A stretch of 27,264 nt of DNA from a virus (Duplodnaviria > Caudoviricetes), in IMG/VR virus record IMGVR_UViG_3300009435_000042, positions 1 through 27,264 of that record; one strand, given 5' to 3'. Shown here in pieces: positions 16,369-26,400 of this stretch. Under the pieces are notes generated by a model. It ran no database searches and had not been told where the DNA came from. It was given only the letters and a program-made list of their open reading frames with translations. Position 1 is the stretch's first letter. Each line of letters starts with the position of its first letter. The translations under genes and the position numbers were made by a program.

Positions 16369-17292
16369 ATGGCTATTTTTCCAGAGCTAGCAGGGAAATT
16401 CAAACGGAAACAAATTCCTGAGAAGACGACGGCGCCTACTGCGCGGGCACCCATCCAGAGAGATCCTACTAAACAGTATCGCTATTCATACAGTGGATCT
16501 GATTCAAAAGCATGGGCTTACTTTGAAGGCATGGAAGATACAATTCGCCCCTTAGAGGCTATGCATACTATCAGTGTCAGTGTGCATGAGGCGAAAGGAC
16601 AGGCTCGGGCATTAGGCTTTCGGGGGATCAAGGGTCTAGCACGTGGCGTCAGAACTATTGCTGGTTCTATTATTTTTACTGTGATTGAAGATAATCCCTT
16701 GCGACCGCTCATGGATAACTTGCGAGACTTTGAAGATCGCAGTGAGACACATTGGCCAGGTTGGTCTGTAGATCGACATGAGATTGGCGTGGGCACTGCC
16801 TTCGGTGGACAGCTGAACTTCTCCAATCGAATTGCTCCGCTGTTACCACCAACTAATATCTTAATCCAGTATCAAAGTGAGGGAGCCTTATGGTCTCCTC
16901 GTGGAAATATTGATGTGGAAACCGCTGCTTATAGCCTAGGTAATGAGAGGCGCAGGGGGCTTGTCAATTCTCTGCCTATCTCCGAACAAACTCCTGGTCA
17001 TCGTATGGAGCGTAGAATTAGTATCGAAGGTGCTGGGCTACTGCTGCGAGGTGTTGAGTTTATTGACGAAGGTATCGTAACCTCTATTAATGATGTAGTG
17101 AGCGAAGTGACTTTGTCTTTTATAGCAACTGACTTTAAGCCTATGTCAGCCCAAGTGTTTGATGGAGCAGGACCCTACCTTCCAGTCAACGAAGATCAAC
17201 AAGCGCAATGGCTAATGCAACAAGAACTATATGGAGGGCGTATCAACCGGCGTGCTCAAGAGCGAGAAAGCGCTCTAAGATGGGGACCTTAG
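16369..17292 (+). CDS. Tail-tube-fold paralog 2 (putative tube initiator/baseplate-proximal ring)
   Basis: Shares motifs with 15658..16302: SYSGSD, ISVSVHEAKGQARALG, ARGVRTIAGSIIF, LRGVEFIDEG. SD GAGGA at 16359-16363 favours ATG 16369 over TTG 16357. Confidence 0.7.
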   Translation: MAIFPELAGKFKRKQIPEKTTAPTARAPIQRDPTKQYRYSYSGSDSKAWAYFEGMEDTIRPLEAMHTISVSVHEAKGQARALGFRGIKGLARGVRTIAGSIIFTVIEDNPLRPLMDNLRDFEDRSETHWPGWSVDRHEIGVGTAFGGQLNFSNRIAPLLPPTNILIQYQSEGALWSPRGNIDVETAAYSLGNERRRGLVNSLPISEQTPGHRMERRISIEGAGLLLRGVEFIDEGIVTSINDVVSEVTLSFIATDFKPMSAQVFDGAGPYLPVNEDQQAQWLMQQELYGGRINRRAQERESALRWGP

Positions 17293-17293
17293 T

Positions 17294-18037
17294 ATGTCAC
17301 TATATGGTTATGAATATTTTTGCGGAGCTAATGTCGTTGTCGAAGTAGAGGGCTTCCCTGTTCTAGAGACAGCAGGTATCAGCTATAGTATCCAGGAGGG
17401 CAAGATGCCACTCTACGGATACAGCAGTAGGCATTTTGATTCCGTGGCACGAGGCCAGGTAATCGTTCAGGGTAGTTTGATTATCAACTACGTGCACCAA
17501 GACTATTTGTATAAGGCTATCGAGCAAGGTATCCTCCAGAATCAGGCTGGCGGAGGACCCACGCTTGATCTCTCGACGGAATTGGAGGATCAGTTATTCA
17601 ACGAGAGAGAAGCTAATCGTGCTGCGTTCACAGTACTAGAAGACTATAGTGAAAACATTGCTCTCTCGGATGCTTTCAAAAATAAGTTTTGGCGACAAGA
17701 TACCAGTGGGACACCGTCTTCGGTTTCCAATAACCCCAACGCCCATGACTCTTTTGGTGGCCTGGATATTCGGATTACCTTTGGTGAACGGTTTGCGACA
17801 GAAGGAAATATCGGAGATACTGGACTTGTTCTCCAAGATGTTTACTTTACTGGTAGGAGTTTACCTATTCAGATTAGCGAACAAGTTCTCGTGGAGGAAT
17901 ATCAATTCTTTGCACGAGATGTCAGAAGCTTACAGCTCGCATATGGTTCGGAGTTCGTACCTCCTTTAGCCATCGAGCCTCCAGAGACAGTGACTACAGT
18001 CGTTACAAGTGCCAACTTCCTCGGAGGAGATAACTAA
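17294..18037 (+). CDS. Tail-tube-fold paralog 3 (putative tube initiator)
   Basis: YFCGANV, ISYSIQEGKMPLYGY, ARGQVIVQGSLIIN, LQDVYFTG, EEYQFFARD align by eye with the two preceding genes. Confidence 0.7.
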   Translation: MSLYGYEYFCGANVVVEVEGFPVLETAGISYSIQEGKMPLYGYSSRHFDSVARGQVIVQGSLIINYVHQDYLYKAIEQGILQNQAGGGPTLDLSTELEDQLFNEREANRAAFTVLEDYSENIALSDAFKNKFWRQDTSGTPSSVSNNPNAHDSFGGLDIRITFGERFATEGNIGDTGLVLQDVYFTGRSLPIQISEQVLVEEYQFFARDVRSLQLAYGSEFVPPLAIEPPETVTTVVTSANFLGGDN

Positions 18038-18609
18038 TGAGTCAGCAGCCAGACTTAACGCCACAACAACAACGAGTACTTAATAGCTTAAAGCAAGCGG
18101 GAGAGACAGATATGTCCGAAACAAACTTAGATATGGATTTACAAGCAATTGAAGATATGGTTGCAGACCAAGCCCCAGTAGAGGAGCCTCTCCAAGAGGC
18201 TGTGCCACTGCAAGAGGAAATGCGACAAGAGATCACTGGCTTGCTTGCAGAGAGAGAAGATGCTCCATCCGACGATCAGATCCTAGCCTGGAAAGAATTG
18301 CATGGTCAGGATGCTATCCAGCTACTAGGCTTAGATAAGTCCAACGTGTACATCTATACACACCTTACTGTTGCTCAGTGGGATAAGATCCAGGGCATTA
18401 TCCAAAAGGTGCAGGGTACACCTATGGCTGATAATATTGAGCGTATGATTCGTGACAATGTGGTGCGCACCGCTGTACTATGGCCAGAGCTTCCTAAAGC
18501 TCTGGGTAGTATGAGAGCAGGACTGCCTGATACTCTATATCAGCTGATCCTGATTCATTCATACTTCTTGAGCCCACAGCAAGCCATGACACTTACAACT
18601 CAACTCTAG
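18037..18609 (+). CDS. Putative tail assembly chaperone 1
   Basis: Acidic 190-aa protein between the tube genes and the giant genes. ILAWKELHG...YIYTHLTVAQW...AVLWP...AGLPDTL pattern. SD GGAGGAG. Call rests mainly on synteny. Confidence 0.55.
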   Translation: MSQQPDLTPQQQRVLNSLKQAGETDMSETNLDMDLQAIEDMVADQAPVEEPLQEAVPLQEEMRQEITGLLAEREDAPSDDQILAWKELHGQDAIQLLGLDKSNVYIYTHLTVAQWDKIQGIIQKVQGTPMADNIERMIRDNVVRTAVLWPELPKALGSMRAGLPDTLYQLILIHSYFLSPQQAMTLTTQL

Positions 18610-18616
18610 AGTTAAT

Positions 18617-19321
18617 ATGGTTAATATCGATGAGCTTATCGAGTCCGATGGGCTGTATCATACTCAGTTTTCTCCAGAGTATGGCTTTACCTGGAGGCTT
18701 CTTACACTTAAAGAGTATCGTGTCTTTCGCGGACTACGAGACTTTGGTGCTATGTCAACATTCAATGTGTACCATGAAGTCTTTAAGCGCTGTTATGTAA
18801 GAGACCTGCCTGTAATGAACCAACGCATACCGTTTGGTATGCTGGTTACAATAGGAGAAGCGATTATGTGGCTGAGTGGCGACTGTGAATTGAGTACACT
18901 TAAAGATGATATCCTGATTGCTCGTCACAACTATCCTAGCGATAGTGTTAATGAGCGCATGAAGCAAGTCGTTTTTACTACTTTTCCAAGCTACAAGCTA
19001 GAGGAGTTAGACCAATGGACCAGGACGCGGCTTATTAAAAGTTTTGTGACAAGCGAACATGTTCTAATCCAACGTGGATTTGAGTATCAGCCTATTGACG
19101 TCAATGAGATCAAACGTCCTGATGAAGTTGCAGAAGTGCAGGAGCTTCCTGATAAATACAATAATGATATTGACTTTGCGAGAGAAGCCAAGGCGCAGCG
19201 AAAAGAACTGGGTGGCTGGGCCGAAGAGGATCAGCTAGAGAGAGAACACACTGAGTCACAGCGGCTGACTACCAAACAAGCACAAGCCCTTGATAAGATG
19301 AGAGCTACGCGAGGTAACTAG
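18617..19321 (+). CDS. Putative tail assembly chaperone 2
   Basis: FTWRLLTLKEY...PFGMLVTIGEAI resembles the preceding gene (YIYTHLTVAQW...AGLPDTLYQLI). FPSYKLEELDQWT resembles chaperone C-terminal motifs. Confidence 0.55.
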   Translation: MVNIDELIESDGLYHTQFSPEYGFTWRLLTLKEYRVFRGLRDFGAMSTFNVYHEVFKRCYVRDLPVMNQRIPFGMLVTIGEAIMWLSGDCELSTLKDDILIARHNYPSDSVNERMKQVVFTTFPSYKLEELDQWTRTRLIKSFVTSEHVLIQRGFEYQPIDVNEIKRPDEVAEVQELPDKYNNDIDFAREAKAQRKELGGWAEEDQLEREHTESQRLTTKQAQALDKMRATRGN

Positions 19322-22300
19322 TGGCTTTCGAGAAATATGGTGGCCAAGTTTGGAGCGACAGTCCCGCTTATGAAGAACGAGATTGGAAGCGCCAGGGCTT
19401 AACCCTCGGCGCTGCAGCTGCTGTTGGCTACGGTGCTTTCCACAAGGCCACTAGTGTCCGCGCAGACAATACTCGCCTCATAGATGACGTCTCTGTTTAC
19501 GCAAGGAACGTAGGCAATCTCAGTCCGTTCCAGCTCGGCAACACGTTTCGTGTATCTGAATTCTTAAGCCCCTATACTAGTCCTGTCCATCAGGGTATGA
19601 CTGACATGGGTGGAGGTCAGTACTCTCAGAGTTTTGATGCTAAGTTCCTCAAGACGTCAGAGACACACGAATACCTTAAGAAGCTCACTGGTTACGATGA
19701 AGCGACTATGCGTAAGCATGGGTTTGGTGCAGTAGCCGAATCTGAGCGAGCTAGTGAACTTATCTTCCGTCGCAGTGCTAAGAATGCTGTTGGCACATTG
19801 CACTCCGTTGTGGGTGGCGAAGAAAAGTTACTTAGCAACTCGGTTATGCTGCAGCAGTTCAGCAATGACGCAAGTGCTTTTGACATCGGCACTAAGTCAT
19901 CGTCGATTAATCGCGCTGCACATGCAACCCAACAAGCCATGGACTTGTGGGAGACTAAGGATAAATACAATCCTGATCGCGTGATGCACACTGTTGGGAA
20001 GAAGGTAGAAGGCGTTCCTAGCCGTCCTAACTTTGTCCCTGTACCTGGTCCGTCTTCAAAGATTACTAGCACTGATGATCTATTTCGCAGTACTACTATG
20101 CTGCGTGCCATCCCTGCATTTTCTATGGAGCGATTCAATCGCTTAGCGAGCGGCGTGACCGAAGAAGTGTTCGGACCTGGCTCTACAGAATTCCTTAATA
20201 GGTTAACTGGTGGCGGACCAGGCGTGACTCCTGGACCTGGCGGGGCTATGTTCTCCCGCTTCGGCATGAAGGCTGGAGCAATCTTAGGTGTTGGCGTAGC
20301 AGTCCAGCAATTGGATTGGGCTAGACGACAGACTGGTATAACGGGCGACATCGGTGTCGCTGGAATTATGAGCGCAGGTGTTGCTGGTTTATCTCACAAG
20401 GCTGGCTTCAGGGGCAGAACATCTCTGATGGCAGGCCTAGCGAGTTTCGCTGGCCAAGTTATACTCCCTGGGTTTGACCAAGGAGTAGTGCCTGGTTTAG
20501 CTTCTACGTACGGTCGCACAATGGAGATGAGAGGTAGCGCTCTCAACCCAGTAAACTACTATCGCAGATCCTTAGAGGGATTCCTGCCTGGTGTGACTGG
20601 GTGGCAGATGGGAGCACTTGGTGGTGTGCTTGCTGCGACTGCGAGCTATACTGTGCCTGCGGATGCTTTTGATACTCTGAACCTGATGAGCGAGAGCTTA
20701 ACTCACGGCAACTCTCCATTCTCCAAATTGCCTGGCTCGGGCGACAGTGTTTCCAACTGGTTGCTGGATACTGTTGGTCACAAAAAGCTAGGCTTTAAGA
20801 AAGCCTTCTCAGACGGACAAGCTATCAGAGCGCCCAAGGGTGTTCGCCAGCACTTCTGGGATAACATGCTGGCTAGCCAGGAGTTCCACAAGAAGGCTAA
20901 GCCGGGCGTCGTGAAGGGCCTACAGAGCGAAGTGAAGAAGGCAGGAGGGTATCTTAACTTCAACATGCGTCAGCGCCTCATGGGAGCTTACAGAGACAGT
21001 GGCATCACCGGTGTGGCACTACGCAAGCATATGAATACCGAGTGGGCGGGAGCAGAAGAGCTTCATAAGACTAGAGCCTCTAAGAATGCGATGGGTCGCT
21101 CTCTTGTTGAGAGCTTGGAGGGCATTGGTCAAAAGTACTTAGGCAAGGATGACTGGCTTTCACAAGGCATGATGCAGGGTGAAGGGATGCTGTCCCAGTG
21201 GAAGCATGCATTCTTTGGTGCCGACCTGGGCGAAAAAGGTGTTGCTGCTAAAATTAAGGGGGCTGGCTTTAAGGCTCCTCTGGGTCGACTAGGTCTTGTT
21301 TTTGGTGGAACGATGCTAGCTCACCAGGTAGTGACTGGTGGTTTGCTAGGCTCAATGGATACTTCTCAAGAGTTACAAGATATCTACTCTGGTAAACAGA
21401 TGATTGAAGTTGGGAAGTCACGCTGGTGGGAAGGTGGCGGTACGCAATTCGAAGGTAGCAAGACTAGCTATTACCGTCCACACTGGATGGCTCTGATGAC
21501 CAATCGTGTGAGAGAACGTGGTATCTGGGGTGATGATGAAGACGACATCTCCCCAATGGGCAAGTTCTATCGTCGCAACTTTACTTATGAGCTTGAGCGT
21601 CGAAATTATCAAGACAGACCATACCCTATTTCCTCTGCAGCTTTTAGTGACATGCCAATCATTGGTGGTGTCCTTGCTGCGACTATAGGCAGGGTAATCA
21701 AACCGCCACGACTTATGCATGTTGACGAATGGGCACGTCAGCAGGGTGGGGGTGGCACTGGGTATGAGTATGCTAGCACCTACGAGGGTTGGCGTCGAGA
21801 GCCTGCTCACAACTTAGGTGCGCCAGGCCCTGGTATACCTAGCAGTCCTTTTAGCCCTGTTAACCAATTGTCTTTCTTAAGTTACCAAGGTAGAGAACTG
21901 GAGGGTCTGACTGGTTGGGCTAAGAACGTTGCGTCAGAAGCGCTTTTGGGCACAGACACTTATGGCACAAGCAGACCACAGCTTGCCGAAGCTGGTGCAA
22001 TGACAAGTCATAGGGTTCGCTTCTGGGAGAACGCCATGGGCGGTGGCGGGTTCATGAACGAAATCGTTCGTCGTGTATTCCCTAACTATCGCAAAGAGAT
22101 TGAGCGTCACAATCCTCTAATGAATACGATGCCAGCATGGTTGCCAGAGCGTTTTCATTATGGAGATCCCTACCGCTCAGTCGAGTGGGGCGAAGCTCGA
22201 CTACCGGGTAGTGGCTACGAGGCTCTGCACCCTGAGCTATCAGACATTGATCCAGATAACTATCCTTTGATTTATCAATACGACATCTTGGCTAACGTTG

Positions 22301-23499
22301 CACCCTTCTCGGCGGAGTTCTCAATCACGAGAGATAGGCTCTACGCTTTGCGTTCTCAAGGCGGGACCTCTGAAGCCCAAAATATGTTTATGGATCGCAT
22401 CGATAAGATGGCCCGTGAGCGTTACAATATCAATGACTTTAGTCGAGTACACGATAATGCTATTCAGCTCCCTGGTAGCGGTCTCACTCAAGCGGCTTAT
22501 GGCTATGCACAGAAGACAGTAAGGAAGGCTGTTGCTCCAGCAGAGTACATGGTACCCATGGGCTTCCGTCCATTCCAAAAACTTATGGGCGATCGTGGTG
22601 CGATCGAACAGTATGAATTCGATAGACTCTACGGTACTCCGTTTGCATTTTGGGATCAACCAGTACGAGATTGGTTCCGACCAGCTGCCTATAGCGTAGC
22701 AAATGCGTTAGGTTTCACTGGAAAGCCTGGGTGGCGCAAAGATTCAGATGACAACGCAGCTTACTTTGATCGCCTTAACTTTCAGAAGTGGGTTCGTTTA
22801 TCCCAACAAGCTAAGGCTACTGGCGACACCAAGCTAGCTGGCAAGTATGAGTACATGGCAAGTACCACTCGTATGGGTGTAAACCCCCAGGGAAACCCAT
22901 TGGCAATGTACTGGACGCTCCCTGAGGGAGAGCGTGCATTCTTTAATCAGTTTGCCCAAGCCCAGGGTAAAGATCGTGCTCGTATCCTAGAGATGGTTCC
23001 TGAGGATCAGACGCATTTATACCAAGCTGTTTGGAAGCGCATGGATGACGGTGACCCCTCTCTATTCCCTGGCGCTAGGGGTGGCTTGGATCAGAAGTAT
23101 ATTAATGAACAGTTCTATGGCATGGACAGAGGTGGCCCAATGCCACCTGAAGATTGGATTGGTTGGCACGAAGATGTAGACATCGGCGATATCCGTGTGC
23201 GCTATGTGAATGAGATGGGCAAGGACTTGCATGACTATGGGTTGTGGGAAAATCAGCTTAACGAATCAATGGCCCAACCTTACCTTGAAGGAAGCACTGA
23301 CTACTTACACAATTCCGGTGGCATCGGTAGGGCTGCTGTGGCTGGTCAAGTTGCTGGTATGTTCCACAATGGGTTGGTGGGCTCGCCTGTCTCTGTTAAC
23401 ACAGGGACATTTAGCGCGAACAGCGTACAGCTGGAGTATAACGACAACAGAGACTATGATATAGCTACCAAGTTTACGGAGATGATGAATGGCTACTAA
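19321..23499 (+). CDS. Large virion protein in the tape-measure position (tape measure or ejected internal protein), 1392 aa
   Basis: GTG start overlapping the upstream TAG. Follows the chaperone pair. Gly/Ala-rich hydrophobic segments in the N-half, aromatic/Pro-rich C-half, no cysteine. Confidence 0.65.
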   Translation: MAFEKYGGQVWSDSPAYEERDWKRQGLTLGAAAAVGYGAFHKATSVRADNTRLIDDVSVYARNVGNLSPFQLGNTFRVSEFLSPYTSPVHQGMTDMGGGQYSQSFDAKFLKTSETHEYLKKLTGYDEATMRKHGFGAVAESERASELIFRRSAKNAVGTLHSVVGGEEKLLSNSVMLQQFSNDASAFDIGTKSSSINRAAHATQQAMDLWETKDKYNPDRVMHTVGKKVEGVPSRPNFVPVPGPSSKITSTDDLFRSTTMLRAIPAFSMERFNRLASGVTEEVFGPGSTEFLNRLTGGGPGVTPGPGGAMFSRFGMKAGAILGVGVAVQQLDWARRQTGITGDIGVAGIMSAGVAGLSHKAGFRGRTSLMAGLASFAGQVILPGFDQGVVPGLASTYGRTMEMRGSALNPVNYYRRSLEGFLPGVTGWQMGALGGVLAATASYTVPADAFDTLNLMSESLTHGNSPFSKLPGSGDSVSNWLLDTVGHKKLGFKKAFSDGQAIRAPKGVRQHFWDNMLASQEFHKKAKPGVVKGLQSEVKKAGGYLNFNMRQRLMGAYRDSGITGVALRKHMNTEWAGAEELHKTRASKNAMGRSLVESLEGIGQKYLGKDDWLSQGMMQGEGMLSQWKHAFFGADLGEKGVAAKIKGAGFKAPLGRLGLVFGGTMLAHQVVTGGLLGSMDTSQELQDIYSGKQMIEVGKSRWWEGGGTQFEGSKTSYYRPHWMALMTNRVRERGIWGDDEDDISPMGKFYRRNFTYELERRNYQDRPYPISSAAFSDMPIIGGVLAATIGRVIKPPRLMHVDEWARQQGGGGTGYEYASTYEGWRREPAHNLGAPGPGIPSSPFSPVNQLSFLSYQGRELEGLTGWAKNVASEALLGTDTYGTSRPQLAEAGAMTSHRVRFWENAMGGGGFMNEIVRRVFPNYRKEIERHNPLMNTMPAWLPERFHYGDPYRSVEWGEARLPGSGYEALHPELSDIDPDNYPLIYQYDILANVAPFSAEFSITRDRLYALRSQGGTSEAQNMFMDRIDKMARERYNINDFSRVHDNAIQLPGSGLTQAAYGYAQKTVRKAVAPAEYMVPMGFRPFQKLMGDRGAIEQYEFDRLYGTPFAFWDQPVRDWFRPAAYSVANALGFTGKPGWRKDSDDNAAYFDRLNFQKWVRLSQQAKATGDTKLAGKYEYMASTTRMGVNPQGNPLAMYWTLPEGERAFFNQFAQAQGKDRARILEMVPEDQTHLYQAVWKRMDDGDPSLFPGARGGLDQKYINEQFYGMDRGGPMPPEDWIGWHEDVDIGDIRVRYVNEMGKDLHDYGLWENQLNESMAQPYLEGSTDYLHNSGGIGRAAVAGQVAGMFHNGLVGSPVSVNTGTFSANSVQLEYNDNRDYDIATKFTEMMNGY

Positions 23500-26400
23500 C
23501 GATCCCTTTGACCAAGAAGAAAGTTCCTCTAGCAATCCCTTCGCTAGAGCGCTCAAGAATGGTCTAGTGTTATCTCCGATTGGCTTAGCTGGTTACGTAG
23601 GCTATCAGAAGGTGCATGCAAATGGTGCGCTGAATCCTATCGCTGCCGCCAAGGCAGCTAGTGGGCCAGGACGTCTGGGGTCTACAGGCTTGAGTCTCGG
23701 TAGGGAGCTTAAAGCATCGGCTAAGATTTCTCAAGAGCGATTACTAAAGAGTGCTGACACACAAATTGACGCGCTGTTAGAAAGTGATGGGATGGCTAAG
23801 CTGTGGAGTTCTATAGCGGAACAACGCGCTGTAATCCAATCCCTTGTTGAAACAATGGATGATCCATCGGCCGGGCTGCCTTCTGAATTTGTTCTCTCTA
23901 AACGGCAAGAGCTGGTTGATATTGCTCAGCGAGGAATGGCAGACGACGAGGGTAAGGAGATGATCAAGAGTGTGCTTAAGGCCATGAACGATGAGAACTC
24001 TATGGCTTCTGGTGCTCGTGCTCGCTTCGGTAGTAACCTTAGAGAATTCCGCAAGGTAGGACCACAGTTGGCTCCCCCCGGCCAGTCGATGAGTGCAAAA
24101 GATACATTCAACTCTATTGATCACGGTATGCTTGCGCCGGGTAGCCGAGAGCACAAGAACTATCTTAAGCTAGCTCAAGGACTGGGGAAGAATGGTAATC
24201 GTTATATTGACCTTGTAACCAGCGGAATGGGGAACTCCCTACAGTATTACGCTCGTGTATACAGCCAGGGCGGAGCGCGACCCAGTGGCTCCTTCCTTGG
24301 AACAGTCCCTCTCAACGTTGGCGGGGATGGCGCTGGTGCAGTTAATATGAGAATGAACGAAGGGCTTACAACTGGATATCGCACCAATCGAATGACGATT
24401 GATTTGCAAGCGGCGGCTGGTGTCTTCAAAGGACACAAGGCTGGTAGCGTAACTCAAGGTATGCTTGAAGCTGGCGGAGCTATGAGGCGTATTGAAGATT
24501 TCGTTGCAGGTGAATTTCTATCTAAGATTGAGTCCAATGGTGGGAAGCTGAAGTTGAGGGGAGGTCGGAGCGCACATGGCGCGAAGATGCGACAGTTCTA
24601 CGGTACCAATCCACGCCTAGCTTCCTCTGGGGATGCCTTTTCTGCAGCTGCTGGAATGATTGAGAATATCAACAACCAAGGTGGCTTTGCCCACAATGCG
24701 ATCAATGTCACAGGGTTTGGACGTATGTCTCGCAAAGAACAAGAGTCCACCATGAGGCATATGGCTGTTGTACCAGAGTTTGATGCTGGTGGTGTTGGCG
24801 GACGTATGATGAGTCGAGGCCTGGAAAAAGAAAGCTTTGGCGTAATGGGTGTCTACCGTGGCTCAGCACTTGAAGCACTGCAGTCTACATCTTTGGGTAG
24901 AATACGCAGCGCAGGTCAGGGTTCAAATGTTGCAGGGCAAAGAGGTATGTTCCCCATCATTTCTCGGATCGAACAGGTTGTTGGCCGTGAAGTTATGTTT
25001 GTAGGCGATGGCAAGGCTGGCTCTCTAGGTAGGCACGGTGTCTTTGATGCTGGCGCAACTTCTACAGTTATCTCGGATAAGGGGACGACCAAGAGGACAG
25101 GAAAGAATGTTGAGTGGGCTGAACGAGTTACTGGCGGCACGAACAAAGTGATGGTCCTTGATGTCCTAGAAGGGAACAAGCTTTTCGATTCCCTTGCTGG
25201 TTCAGGCGCAGCTTACCACCAGGGGACTGAGCGCATTCGAGGTGCCTTCTCAAAACCACTACTTGATCCTGGGAGTAAGGGTAGTATGAGTTCCATGTTG
25301 CTACAGCACTTGCAAGAGTCTGGGGCAGAGGGCGAACTAAAGCCTTTGAGTCTTAAGCAGATTAAAGAATTTGGTCACTTCTTAGGTATTGGTCCTAACG
25401 GTATGCAACGAATTGGTAAAGATCCACGTATGACTTCTATGCGGGTTGGCTATAATATTACGCAGGTGGGCGACAAGAAGCAGGTGAATCTGATTGGAGA
25501 TACTGATAGGCTCATGGAAACCTTCAAAGGTTTCTCCACGCTACACAAGGGTACGCTACAGGAAGTTAGCAACGAAGCTATCGAACGCTTCTTGCCAGCC
25601 GCTACTCAGCAAACGCTAACTGATCTTGGTGTCAACCGCCAGCATACAGTTTATGGCGCTGGGGATATGCTTAAGAAAGGTGCAGGCTTCTTCGGGCTAC
25701 AGATGGAGAGTGGCTTCGGATTAGTAACTGGAGACAAGAATTACCGGTCTACGTTAACCGAGCTTGCGCAGAATAGTTTTGGAGCCCTGGGAGATTCAGA
25801 GACTGGACGATTGACGGGTGCTGTTATTCAGGGCTTAGCCAGATCTAGTGCTAGTGAGAATGAAGCAGGTATGGTCCTTGCTGGAATATACAATCGTGGA
25901 GGTAAGAAAGAATGGCTTGCTGGAATTAACGTTTCCCAAGCAGTTGAAAAGAAAGATATTGAGGATGCTATCCACTTGGCTTTTGGTGACAGAGGACAAG
26001 CAGTCATAACGGCAGCCAGGCGTGGCGTTGCAATCGGCGCAACTACGATGACTCATGGTGCTGGTGTTGGTGATTACAACCTAGGTCGTGGTTCTGTAGA
26101 GCCACGGTTCTTTAGCACTATGACCCACAAGCTACGAGGCATGGGGCTAGATACAAAGCAGACTAGCGATTTTCTTGCAGGTGTCTACAAGAACAAAATT
26201 GGATATGCAGAACACTTGCGTTCCGCTGGTGGGATGCTCAAGCTCGCAGAGAGCGTTGCCGGCATGACAGGACCTGTTGCAGCAACCAACACGATAGCGT
26301 CTGGAGTGTCAACGCTAGGGCTCAAGGATCTTCAAAATATGGCACTTGATATCTCTGCTAATGGCTTTGATCAGTTCATGGATCAGCACCCGGATGGGTT

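Noticed and set aside
13319-18037. Extracellular contractile injection system or tailocin (sheath plus several tube paralogs)
   Set aside because: Portal, protease, capsid and neck genes are in the same operon, so this is a complete phage virion module.
18540-18620. Programmed frameshift joining the two chaperone genes (lambda G/GT style)
   Set aside because: No X XXY YYZ slippery heptamer near the end of the first gene. The second gene is in the +1 frame with stops at 18545, 18551, 18569 and 18587, and has its own ATG.
7052-20351. Long minus-strand ORFs (7052..7723, 8701..9357, 14564..14947, 19692..20351 and others)
   Set aside because: They lie wholly antisense to well-supported genes, lack recognisable motifs, and are expected shadows of biased codon usage.
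23044-23056. DDGD in the 1392-aa protein as a possible polymerase catalytic motif
   Set aside because: The sequence is RMDDGDP, not DxDGD, and it has no preceding RxP or barrel context.
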